Assembly: GCA_025558095.1 (NCBI GenBank)
Contig: JAIVFI010000028.1
Location: 310,001 to 374,000 of the forward strand
Reading direction: 5' to 3'
DNA length: 64,000 nt
Origin: Hyaloraphidium curvatum SAG 235-1
Lineage: Eukaryota > Fungi > Monoblepharomycota
Shown here: positions 1-10,400 of the stretch, piece after piece
Position numbering within the stretch: position 1 is the stretch's first letter
How the letters are laid out: every line of letters begins with the position of its first letter
Notes under the pieces: generated by a model
Told to the model about the DNA's origin: nothing
The model's database searches: none
What the model saw: only the letters and a program-made list of their open reading frames with translations
Program-made: the position numbers and the translations under genes

Positions 1-87
1 ATGGGAACGGCTCCCGTCATGAAGGCGGTCGGGGTATACGATGTTATTCTCAAGACCGTCCTTTCGAAGTAGGCTCTAGCAGTTCTA

Positions 88-1295
88 TCAATCCACTCCT
101 CGATCGAACTCGTCCGGTTTGGCAGCGCTGTCCGCGACGACGTAGCTGTCCAGCTTGTGATAAGCCGGCCAGCTGCTTCCCGTCCTACTGGCCGCGCGAA
201 TCCTGACGTCGCACTTGGGAACATACAGGTGGCGGAGGTACGGGCTGTCTGTAACCGTCTTTCTGAACATCTCCATCTTGGCCGTGTCAGACCCGCCCTT
301 TCTCCAGGTTCCCGCAAAACGATGTTCGACCTTTGCCATCTGAAGAGGATGTCTGGTAAGAATCGATGATGGAAACCTCGATTCTCACTCACCGGATCGG
401 ACGTGAACTGGCTTCCCATGTGCCCGACGCCGGGTGAGAAGCCAGTGATGGGAAAGACGGCCACAGAGCCGCCCTCAGGGCCGTTGTCCACGAAGGTGAT
501 GTCGGTCCGATTCAGGATGTTGCGCCACGAGAATTTGTGGTCCTTCAGAAACGCGTGAAGCTGATCGGTGAACATAACCGGGCCCCCGGTGTGGAGCACG
601 GCCCGTTCCGACTTCATGTAGGCCGCGTCACCCAGCTTCAAGCGCAAACGCCTGACCGACTCCGCGACAACGCGTTCCATGAACTGGCTACCTGGAGCTG
701 AAGCGATGGTCCACTGGCAAATGTGGAGCTTCCGCGGGTATATCTGGTCCCAGTTCGACATGAGCGAACCATCGGTTTCCACGCCAACGACGACTTCGAC
801 CTCGCCCCATCCCTGGGGAAACCACTTTTCGGCGGGCTTTAGGCACTTGGTGTCCACGTCCGAATAGATGCCCCCGTACGTTGCTAGCAAAAGATACCGG
901 GACAGATCCGCCCTGTAGATGGGGTGCGGAAGGGCCTCCCAAAGGTCCAGGATGTCCGGGTGCTTCTGCGCGACGAAGCGGTCGATCTCCGAGTCCGTCC
1001 AGAGGATGTACGTGTAGTCCGTGTTCAGCTTCTGGAACGATACGATGCTCTCAAGCACCTTGATGGGTGCCTTGGCGAAATCGGTGTCCTTCCAGGACTG
1101 GTGGATCACACGCGGGATCCTGCGGCGGTCTCCCTGAGCCCGTTGTTCCAAATGCTGCCTCAACGCGTTCTCGGCAACCTCCAGCGCCGTGAGGTACCGA
1201 TGGCAGACGGGTCGCGGCAGGAGGTACTCCCGCACGGCAAGCGAGAGGAGGGCGAGTCCGGTCACGAGCAAGGCGTAAGAGCGCCACGAAGGCAT
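88..1295 (-). CDS. GT32 alpha-1,6-mannosyltransferase, OCH1/HOC1-like (2 exons; intron 340-392)
   Basis: Manual translation from ATG 1295 gives an N-terminal TM (MPSWRSYALLVTGLALLSL), IPRVIHQSWK, RADLSRYLLLATYGGIYSDVD (DxD), CQWTIASAPG and PITGFSPGVGHMG. A GT-AG intron joins the exon starting MAKVEHRFAGTW. Confidence 0.85.
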
Positions 1296-2021
1296 CGCGA
1301 GGACCGGCTCGAAGGACGACTCTACGTCGGAAGTCGCCGCGTGCGCGAGGTGTCCAACGTGTCCCTCATCCAGCGCGCCGAAGTCACCTCGGCCACCACG
1401 CGAAGTCCGAAGCCACAACGCGCAGCCACGCCGCCAGCCAATACTAGCTAAAGGAATGAGGTGCCGAAAATCGCCGCTCAGGCCCGATCGGGCACGATCA
1501 CTACTTGAGGCGGCGCCGCTCAGCTCAGCTACATCATCCACCCGGCCCCAAGCCAAAGTGGGCATCAAACCTGATCAATGGGGCGTCTTCCTGCTTGCAA
1601 AAGCTGGGCTAGTTGATCAGATTTGATGCGGTCGTTGCCCTGACCTCCGATACGCCGCAATCTGGCTTCCGATCGCGGCTTCCGCGGCGATCCGGAGTCG
1701 CAACTCCAGGCGTTCTGCCGGACGTCCCAGTCTCCCCCTATCACTTGAACATGTATCCATCCAAGGTTTTGGGCGGAATCGGGGGGGGCTGGCCCGAATG
1801 CGGCATTGTTATGGGTTCATGGGTGCCAATGGGTGCACATCCCTCCGAGTCGGGACCCATTATCGCGGGCGTGCGCAACGCCATCTTCTCTGCACGATAT
1901 TCGGAAGCGAGCAGACAGGCCCCGAGTGCCCTCATTCTCCCCCAGATCGGTTAGCAGATCGTGTCCGACCCGTTCCGCCCCTTCCTGCGCCAGCTGAACG
2001 TCCGCGGCGACCCCAGGAAAG

Positions 2022-3386
2022 ATGTGCCGCACCACCGTTTTCGCCACCGTCGGCCTTCTACTCGTCCTGCTCGCCGCGTCCGCGAGCGCCCATACTGTCG
2101 TATGGTATGTCCCTCTTCTCGGCTCGTCGCAGGTGGTGAGTTCCTCGCGATCCTGGTACTCATGTTGCCCGTCTGACGCTTGTATGTGTAGCCCCCAGTC
2201 ACCACCACGTCCATCGGCGCCTCCTACGTCATCGTGGACGACATAGAGAACACCGTCAAGGTCATGCTGGATCTTTCGATGGCCGCCGGCGCCAACGTGA
2301 CTGCGGCGCACCTTCACGACGGCACTGCCGACACCAACGGTCCCATCTTGCTCACCATCGTGGGCTCGTAAGTACTGCCATGGGCCTCGCGGCTCGCCGT
2401 TCTCTAATCCCCGTCCACAACAGGCCCACCACCGAAACCGCCCTTGAGGCCAATTTCTCCAGCGTGGCGCCCCAAACCATCCGGCGAATCAACAACGCCC
2501 AAGCGTACGTCAATGTACAAACGGCCGCAAACCCGAACGGCGAGATCCGCGGTCAGCTCAGCCGCACGACCTCCCTCTCGACCGGCGGCGACCGTTACAA
2601 AAACGCGTATGTGGCTACCCTGTCGGGGTCGTCGCAGGTCCCACCTGTCGCCACCACGAGCGCGGGCTACGCCTACATGACGGTCAGTTGCTTAATGCAA
2701 CCTGATCTGGTCGACTGTGTCTGATGATGACCCCACGCCTCATCAGTACAACGAGACGACCGGCAACATCACGGCGCTGGTTACCACCAACATCGCATCC
2801 ATCACGGCCTCCCACATTCAGGAGGGTAAGGCGTGAGTACCGCGCCCGAGGCCGTTCGCTTCGCATGAACGTTACATGTATTCCTTTTCTTCAGCAACGA
2901 AACCGGCCCCGTCCTCGTGACACTTTCCGGCGCCGTCACTGGCGGCGTCATCAATGCCGTGGGTTCAATTTGGGAGGACATTTCTAAGCGAGCTCATCAC
3001 CTGTCCTATTCGTTAGGTTGTTCCCGCCACAAACGCGACCATGGAAGAGGTTAAAGAGGAGCACGCCTACGTGGTATGCTAGCGCTGCTCGCTCCTGCTC
3101 TCTGCTTTTTCACTGATGCTGCCATCTCCAGAACGTCCAGACCGCTGCCAACCCCAACGGCGAGATCCGTGGCACACTCAAGCCGATCGCCGAGGTCGTG
3201 GGCATTGGTGCCGGGGGCGACGATGACCACCACGACCACGACCATGGCTCGAGCAAGACGACCGTTACCGCGACGGGCACCGCCATGATGACCACGTCGA
3301 GGCCCTCGTCGGCGGAACGCAAGAACTCACAAGCTATCGCGGCCATCGGCGCGGCCGCGGCCCTTGCCATCTCTCTGATGGCGTAA
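2022..3386 (+). CDS. Secreted, probably GPI-anchored protein with two CHRD domains (multi-exon)
   Basis: Signal peptide, then two copies of L(L/S)GSSQVPPV.TT...AHLH/SHIQ.G...GP...AYVNVQTAANPNGEIRG, followed by a His/Thr-rich linker and a hydrophobic C-terminus. Confidence 0.8.
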
Positions 3387-3473
3387 TGACAAGGCAACGA
3401 GCAACATGCTAGACAAAGAAAGAGATCGACGACGGCTTCCGTAGTCTATCTGCGATCCAATGTCTGATCATCT

Positions 3474-4277
3474 CTACAATCTCGGCGCTTCCCGTCCTTC
3501 CATCCGCCTCCAGCACTCCTCAAGGACGCGGTCCAGCACCGGACCGCCGAGAACAAACACGCAGTCGAGCTCGGCATATGCCGCCGACCGCGCCGATTCG
3601 TCCGTCTCGTTCTCCTCGAGTACACGGTCGTAAAGCCCGCCGCGGAGCGTAATTTTCCTCCGCAGCTGCACCTTGCCGTCCTTTCCCCTACCGTCCTCGC
3701 AGCCCACCATCACGACGCGAAAGAACGTGGTCGAGGGCGAAGGCAGCCCTTTGCGGTACGACACAGAGAGCGAGACCGTACGGTAGCCTGGATGCTCGAA
3801 AGCCGGCCCGCCCGGTTTCTTCTGCAGCTGCTGCCCAGGTTCGGCCATGTTCATCCGGCAAAAGATGCTGTTGCTGACCACCGTCGCCATGGAATCCAGG
3901 ACGGTAGCAACAGCGCCGCCATGGATGTGACCGGGAGGGCCGCGAGCAGCCTCGGTAAAGTGGGCCAGCCCTTCCAGGACCGGCAGCGGGCCCGATTTCG
4001 GCCAGGTCCAGTACGGATTGAAGGTGCTGTAGTTCCACGAGCCGAACCCGGCCGTCTGCGAAGCAAGGAACGGACTTGCTGGCCTCGCAAAGTACAGGAA
4101 GGCGAATCTGTCCGGCGAAACGAAGGCCTGCGTCGGTCCGGTCGGTTCGTCCCGCAGGTTCCAGAGCGGAACAAGGCCAGATTCCAGCACGGCCGAGAGC
4201 AGCGGCCCGTCGGGGACCCCGGAAGTTCCTTCCCGCTGCTGGCGCACCATCGCGGCTTTGCTCGCGCCGGAGTCCAT
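3474..4277 (-). CDS. Hotdog-fold acyl-CoA thioesterase (THEM4/PaaI-like)
   Basis: Motif ARGPPGHIHGGAVATVLD and TVSLSVSYRK. Intronless; ends in PRL. Confidence 0.8.
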   Translation of the reverse strand: MDSGASKAAMVRQQREGTSGVPDGPLLSAVLESGLVPLWNLRDEPTGPTQAFVSPDRFAFLYFARPASPFLASQTAGFGSWNYSTFNPYWTWPKSGPLPVLEGLAHFTEAARGPPGHIHGGAVATVLDSMATVVSNSIFCRMNMAEPGQQLQKKPGGPAFEHPGYRTVSLSVSYRKGLPSPSTTFFRVVMVGCEDGRGKDGKVQLRRKITLRGGLYDRVLEENETDESARSAAYAELDCVFVLGGPVLDRVLEECWRRMEGREAPRL

Positions 4278-4538
4278 CGCGATCTGACTTCGAGTGGAGA
4301 TCTTCAAAGAGTAGGATTTGTAGGAGATGAGCGGCTCCCCCGCTTCACGAACGGCGGCCCGAAGTGTTTGCCACTTTGTGCTGATCGGCGTTGCAACGCT
4401 CCCGATACAAATCCCGGCGTCGCTGTTCGAGCCGTTTCAAGCGCATCGCAGTCGAACTGCTGTGCAGGCTACTCGGAGCATTCCTAGCTCGGTCTCTCTT
4501 ACTGCGGATTCAGTGATTCGCCCTTTGGTCTCTCCGCA

Positions 4539-5513
4539 ATGTCTCCCAAGAACGCGGACCCCGCCGCGGCTGCTGCCGCGATGGATAAGAGCCTCGAGGC
4601 CGCAGTGCCCTACTCGCAACGCTGGCGCACCGTCAACGCGTGGACGCATCCGATCCTCTCTCTCATGGCGCGGTTCAACGGCACTCTCCCTGCGCCGGAC
4701 GGGGTCACGAGCACCAACATCGAGGAAGGCGCCGCGCGCATCCGGCTCCACGTTCCCGACAAGTTGTCGTGCCCTGCACCGGGCTCGGCCATCCTGCATA
4801 TCCATGGCGGAGGGATGATCATGGGATCTCCCGAGGCCAACGACATAAACGCGGGTGGGATGGCCCGGGCGCTCGGGATCCCCGTCATTGCGGCCCGGTA
4901 CCGCCTTGCGCCGACGAGCAAGCACCCCTCTGCGCTGGATGATTGCGCTGCCGCGTGGGCGTGGCTGCAGGCCAACGCCGCCAAGCTCGGTATCGACCCT
5001 CGCCGAGTGGCCGTGACGGGCGATTCCGCGGGAGGCCTGCTGACGGCCGCGCTGTGCCAACGGCTGCGCGACGAAGGAGGCGTGCAGCCCGCCGCGCAGG
5101 TCCTCAATGCCCCCATGCTGGACGACCGCACGGCCGTGCGCGAGGACTTCACGGGGATCAAGCACGCCGTCTGGAACAACTCCAGTAATTACTACGGATG
5201 GGCGAGTCACCTGGGTCAGGAGCCCGGCCTGCCGACGGCGCCCAAGTACGGCGTGCCCGCTAGGTGCGAGGATCTCCGCGGGCTGCCGCCTACCTGGATC
5301 GGGGTAGGGTCGGCCGACATTTTCCACGATGAGGATGTCGAGTACGGCAGGAGGCTGAAGGAGGCGGGCGTCGAGGTCGAGGAGGTCATCGTGCCGGGCG
5401 CGTTCCACGGCTTCGAGTTTGCAGGCCGCCACCCGCTCGTCCAGCAGTTCAACAGCGCCAAGCGGGCGTACTTCAGGAAGAAGCTCGGCATCCCGGACCG
5501 TGCGAAGCTGTAA
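4539..5513 (+). CDS. HSL-family alpha/beta hydrolase (abhydrolase_3 esterase/lipase)
   Basis: HGGG oxyanion motif, GDSAG nucleophile elbow, DIFHDE and FHGFE. Intronless; ends in AKL. Confidence 0.92.
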   Translation: MSPKNADPAAAAAAMDKSLEAAVPYSQRWRTVNAWTHPILSLMARFNGTLPAPDGVTSTNIEEGAARIRLHVPDKLSCPAPGSAILHIHGGGMIMGSPEANDINAGGMARALGIPVIAARYRLAPTSKHPSALDDCAAAWAWLQANAAKLGIDPRRVAVTGDSAGGLLTAALCQRLRDEGGVQPAAQVLNAPMLDDRTAVREDFTGIKHAVWNNSSNYYGWASHLGQEPGLPTAPKYGVPARCEDLRGLPPTWIGVGSADIFHDEDVEYGRRLKEAGVEVEEVIVPGAFHGFEFAGRHPLVQQFNSAKRAYFRKKLGIPDRAKL

Positions 5514-5686
5514 CAGGCGGCTTCTATGAGAGTCGAATGATGCATGTTGGATGGGTTTAGACGAGATCATCAGATGGTGTGTATTTTGGATGGCAACGAT
5601 GCATTGAACCAGGTTGATCCGCGTGGAGGAAGGTGCTGGAAAGTGATCCGCGTGTTGCATCCCTCCGTCCACGGTAGCCCATTCGC

Positions 5687-6566
5687 ATGAGCGAGGCCGC
5701 GGCCGTGCCCGACGTAGTTGTTGCCACGCGTGTGCACCGGCTCAACTCGCCCGGCCGCGGCGTGGCGCCGGTCGACGCGTCGCTGCCGCGGGACCTTTCT
5801 GCGCTGCTCTCCGCGCGGAGCCACGCGGCGGCGCTGCTCGTCGCGTTCGACGCGGAGGACGCGCCGCTGGCGGCCGCGGTCGCCGAGTTCTGCCGCGGCG
5901 CGGGCGGCTTCGCGCGCGGCGTCGGCGTGCGGCCGTGGGGCGCCTTCGTGCCCGCGCTGAACGCGCTCGTCGCCGACGCAGCCCGGTGTGTGCCGCGGCC
6001 CCGCTTCCTGCTGCTACGCTCGGCCGAGGCGGGATGTACCGACGGCGATGCGGCGGCGCTGCGGCGGGCGGCCGACGGCGCGCTGGTGGCAGGCAAGCGG
6101 CTGCAGGGACACGACTTTCGCGGAACCGAGCCCGGCGTGCCCGTCCGCGTGGAACTGACCGGCACCACGGTGCCGTGGAACACGCTGGCTATGTGGGACC
6201 TGGATAAGCTGGCCCTGACGGGCTTCCTGCTCGCGTCGGAGGGGCTGGCCCCCGGGACGCGGGGAGGCGTCGAGGAGGCGGCCGTGGTCGCGCTCCACCA
6301 AAGACTCTGGCCTGATAGATCGGCTGCACGGCTCGTCGACATTCCCGGCGACGAGTCGTGGAGGACGGATTGGTGGGCAGGCTGTGGCGTGGGCTGTTGG
6401 AAGGCTGGACGGGCGAAACTGACCATCCCGCTTCCATAGGGCCGATCCGGACCGGCAGAACTGGCAGAGGGAGAAGATGGCGAGCAAAGTGGAGCGGCCG
6501 GCAGCCCAGTTGCGGCTGCTTGGGCTCGAGGGCCAGGGGTTCGTGGAACACATCTCTTTGTCCTGA
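5687..6566 (+). CDS. Conserved hypothetical protein, possibly GT-A-like fold (2 exons; intron about 6373-6439)
   Basis: Coding-like ORF with motifs PWGAFVPALN, PWNTLAMW and GGVEE. A GTGGGC..TAG intron joins exon 2, which encodes ADPDRQNWQREKMASKVERPAAQL...stop. Confidence 0.7.
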
Positions 6567-6895
6567 TACCCAGATACGTACGATCGACAGCGACTTTCTT
6601 GGGCGTTTCCCGTCCACCTGATTCGGCTGCTTGGAATGTGCTCCCGATCACTCGTCTCCGCGATCGGGCTAGGCGAACGCCGGTAGTTCCGAGCGAGACG
6701 AGCCCAACAGCGCGCAGGTCCGATCACAGTGGCACCAAACTACATCATCCGAGGTGTCCTGCGCGGGCTACGATGCCGTCACCACCGAATGAATAACGCG
6801 GCCGGCAAGCCGGCAATTCCATTCGCGCGGTCGCGGCCGCCGTTCCGTCTCCGACGCGCGGGCCCGGCTCGGGATCGCGCCCGAGCACCGCGGCC

Positions 6896-7582
6896 ATGTC
6901 ACGCCGTGGGGGCCGCTCAGGCGCCGCCAATGCCCCGGACCGCGATGCTGTGATCATGGGGGAAAGCGCCGAGCCTGCGCCCGCCATTTCGAGGAGCGGA
7001 TCGGGGCAATTCGCGGGGTCGGACGCGTTGAGCGGCGCCGCGGCGGAGCCCATCTTTCGGACGGAGCCGGCGGTGGTATCCTCGCGGGATTCATTGGGAT
7101 CTGACGCCGGGCAGTACTTTCGGAGGACTGCACCATCGCCCTGGGGTCTCCCTTCGGCGCCGGTGTTGGCGCGGCGGTTGGAGGAGGCACTCCTACCCGC
7201 AACCCCGGTCGTCGTCGCGGACGGCGGGTCTGCGGGCCCATTTTCGGCCGAACCGAAGCCGCCCAACATGGCAGAATTGCATTCCACTGTGCAGAAGGAG
7301 GCTGCGGCCTCCGGCTCCCCCACGGCCTCCCTGGCCGTGGCCCTTGCGCTCATGGCCCTTGTCCCGCTCCTCCCCTCCCTCACCTTCCTCGCGGCCGGCC
7401 GGCCTGCGGCCTCCTTCGGCGCCTTCTTGCTCGTCGCGAGCGCCGCCGCGGCGATCGTGAGGGTGCCCGCGGCGCGGAGGGTCGCTGTGCGGTGGATCGT
7501 CTGGGCGCTGGTGACCGCGTACGTCGTGTTCCTGGACCTCGCGGACCTCGTGGAGTGGTGCTTCGGCGCCAAGCCTCCGTGA
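6896..7582 (+). CDS. Hypothetical membrane protein (about 3 C-terminal TM helices)
   Basis: 228-aa ORF with a low-complexity N-terminus and three hydrophobic stretches. Confidence 0.5.
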   Translation: MSRRGGRSGAANAPDRDAVIMGESAEPAPAISRSGSGQFAGSDALSGAAAEPIFRTEPAVVSSRDSLGSDAGQYFRRTAPSPWGLPSAPVLARRLEEALLPATPVVVADGGSAGPFSAEPKPPNMAELHSTVQKEAAASGSPTASLAVALALMALVPLLPSLTFLAAGRPAASFGAFLLVASAAAAIVRVPAARRVAVRWIVWALVTAYVVFLDLADLVEWCFGAKPP

Positions 7583-8063
7583 TGCAACGGCTCTATCATG
7601 GCGTTGCTTTTCCTTCTGAAGACAATGGCTTCATCCCCGCCGATGCAAGTCGATGGGACCAGCGGAGCGGAGTCAACAGCTGAGATCGGACGGCCCGTCG
7701 ACCGCGCCACCTTCAATTAGAGCGGCTGACGTAGTGAGGCCTACCAAGGCCTCGTACTGCTGCTGCATGGGGGGCCGAAGGACGCGGAAACGGTGTCCTT
7801 GAAGGCCCTTCATTGGCCGTTGCCGGAACGGATCGAAGTTGTTCACTATCAATAGGTTCTATGCATCCTTGTGGCGGCAGCAGGAAGGAGTAAAGCATGA
7901 AAGCGCCGGCGATGAGCGATGAGCGGTGCTGGCGCCTCCCTTCGTCATCCTGGCTGGCTGACAGGCAGGCGGAACTTTCCGACGACGCGTCCGAACTTCT
8001 GCCGCAAAAACAGCAAACGGCTCTTTGAAGCGCGCCTCTCGTTTGCGCGGACACACTCCCGGA

Positions 8064-10309
8064 ATGGAGCGCTTCAGGCTCGGCCGCAAGGCGGCAAAGG
8101 ACCCGGCGCCCCCCATCGAGGTCGATGCGAAATGGGCTATCGGCACCAAGGCCGCCGAGGCCATGGAGCCCCAGGAGGCAATCGCGCTCATGAAGAGGCG
8201 CGCTGCGGAGCTCAACGGTAGCGCCGTCGATGCCGAGGTGCCCAACGGTGGGGTCCCGGCTGCTGGGGAAGCCGAACTCGAGGTGGAGTCGGCGGGAGGC
8301 TCGGCCGACACGGTCGGCGTGGCAACCGACGTGGCATCGGCGCCAGGAGCGCCAGGAGCGCAAAGTATTCCACTCCCTGGGGAGGAACTGCCGGCGGACG
8401 CGACTCTGCGGGTGCGGACCGTTGATCCGGGGACGTCCGGCATCTCCGGATCCGGTTCTTTCGTTGTCGCCATGGACGGCGGCCCTCCTCCGCCGTCCCA
8501 GACGGAACGTACCCTTGGCCAGATCACCGGCACCCGCCAGCGCAGGATGCGCACACGCCCGTGGACAAGGCGGGCCCCGAACCTGACGCCGGAGGAGTGG
8601 TTGGCCCTGTTCCCCGCGCCGGCGCCGCCCTTTTCCGTCCTCGGCACAGGCGAAGACGAGATCGAGGATCCGGCGGCGGCGCTGAGGGAGGCGAACCCGC
8701 TGACGCGCAAGAGCATCCTCCGCGAAACCGAGAGCTCGAGCATGATGCACTTCATTTTTTCCGTGAGCATCTTCCTGATGCCGTGGAACTCCAAGTGGCT
8801 CGTTCGGAGCGCCCTCTTCTTCCTCTGCTACTTTGGCGTCATCCTCTTCCTCTGGACCTCGAACGGCGGCACCCTCGGCTCCCTCCAGCTCGCCGGCGTC
8901 ACCATCGCCGCGGCCGTCGAGCTCCTCGCGGCCTTTGTCGGCCTCCCCATCGTCCTGGCGACCTTCCGGCGCTTGGAGGAGGCGGCAAAGACGAAATCGG
9001 ACGCCAAAGCCTCGGAGTACGACCTATGGCCCGTGGCCAGCTACGTCCGCTGGTCCGAGCTCGTGCGGAGCTCCTCGTGCTCGCCGACGGACGAGGAGCC
9101 CACGGCGTACAACTCGACCTCGGCGCTGCTGGCCCACGATCCCGAGGACAAGCTGTGCCCGTGCCCGCGGCCGTCGTGCATGGGTTCGCTCGGCGACAGT
9201 TTTGCCCGCCTTCGGCTGCTCCAGGTCGTGACTCACATCGTCGTGCTGGTGAGACCGGGGCACTGGATGGACCTTTGTGCGCCTGCTTATCATCCTTGTA
9301 TTTCAGGGCGTGTACGAGGTCTTTCGTTTCTTCACGCCGCTCTTCACGCTGGGCTCCGCGGCCTGGTGGGGGCTCATGTTGGCCATATTGGCCGGTAGGT
9401 GTCTGGCGGCGCGCTGGACGATGCGCGCGCTCACCGTTGCATGCTGCACCCCCAGTCATAACCGCCTTCGACGAGCAGGTCATGGAGATCCTGGGCACCT
9501 CCAAGCTCACCAACGTCGTCCTGCAGGGCCTCTCGCGCAAGATGCACCGCCGCGCCATGGTCCTCTCCCTCTCGTCCTTCCTGTCGCGGTACCGCCTCGC
9601 GCTCACCGAGGGCGCCGGCTCCGGTGCCGATTCTGGCGAGGAGCTCTACACGCGGCTGCACACGCAGCTCGCGGCCACGTGGAAGGTCGCGTTCCCGTCG
9701 CTCAACATCTGGGTGTCGGTGGCGCTGTTCGGGGCCGTGGTGCAGATCATCGTGCTGCTGATCTACACGGTGGGCGGCCGCGGCGGGTGCGTGCGTGCGG
9801 CGGGGTGCCTGACGGTCGATCTGTTCGCAGGCCACGGGATCCTGCGTGCCGCTGTTCATCATCATGTGGGTCTCCTTGGCGGGCGCGCTTCGCGGCCGAA
9901 AGCTGACTCCCTCGGCTCCCCACGCAGATTTTTCATCCTCACCCTCTACGGCCTGGTCACGGACCTCGTAAACCTGTCCGTCAGCAACGGCCAGATTTCC
10001 GACATCACCGACCTCTACGCGGACGCGCGGCGCATGATCCGCGAGATGATTGTCAAGGCCGAATCCACCCCCGGCGCGGACCCCGGACGGGACGCGGTGC
10101 AGGCCCGCCTCAGGTCGCATGAGGAGTTGCTAGCGTCGTACCTCGAGGTCGGGCGGTTCAAGGCCAGGCTGGGGGGCTACGAGATCGATTTCGGGTTCAC
10201 GCGCAACCTGCTCGTGACCCTGTTCACGGTGGTGATCGGCCTGTACACGCTGCTCAGGGGGAGCGGGCTGTTTGTGACGCTGGAGAGCGTGTGCCCGCCG
10301 AGGCTGTAA
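8064..10309 (+). CDS. Multi-pass (about 7 TM) membrane protein, candidate gustatory-receptor/DUF3537-like (7TMIC) family (about 5 exons)
   Basis: No signal peptide, long disordered N-terminus and about 7 hydrophobic segments after splicing. C-terminus is YLEVGRFKARLGGYEIDFGFTRNLLVTLFTVVIGLYTLL. Confidence 0.65.
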
Positions 10310-10400
10310 TGGAGGGACAGTTACGAGCCATGTAGCCATGTGGCCATGTATGCAGCGAAGCGCAACAGATGTAATTGCGAAGCAGGAGAAAAGCCGCGCA

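Noticed and set aside
1452-2021. Short ORFs 1613-1954 (+) and 1741-1935 (-) in the OCH1/CHRD intergenic region
   Set aside because: No motifs or convincing splice structure; treated as non-coding.
7560-7720. TGA followed by TGC at the end of ORF 6896-7582 as a possible selenocysteine readthrough (some early-diverging fungi use Sec)
   Set aside because: There is no redox-motif context or selenoprotein family resemblance, and I could not identify a SECIS. An ordinary stop is the simpler reading.
10298-10309. C-terminal PRL of the 7TM protein as a PTS1
   Set aside because: Polytopic membrane proteins do not use PTS1 import; likely coincidental.
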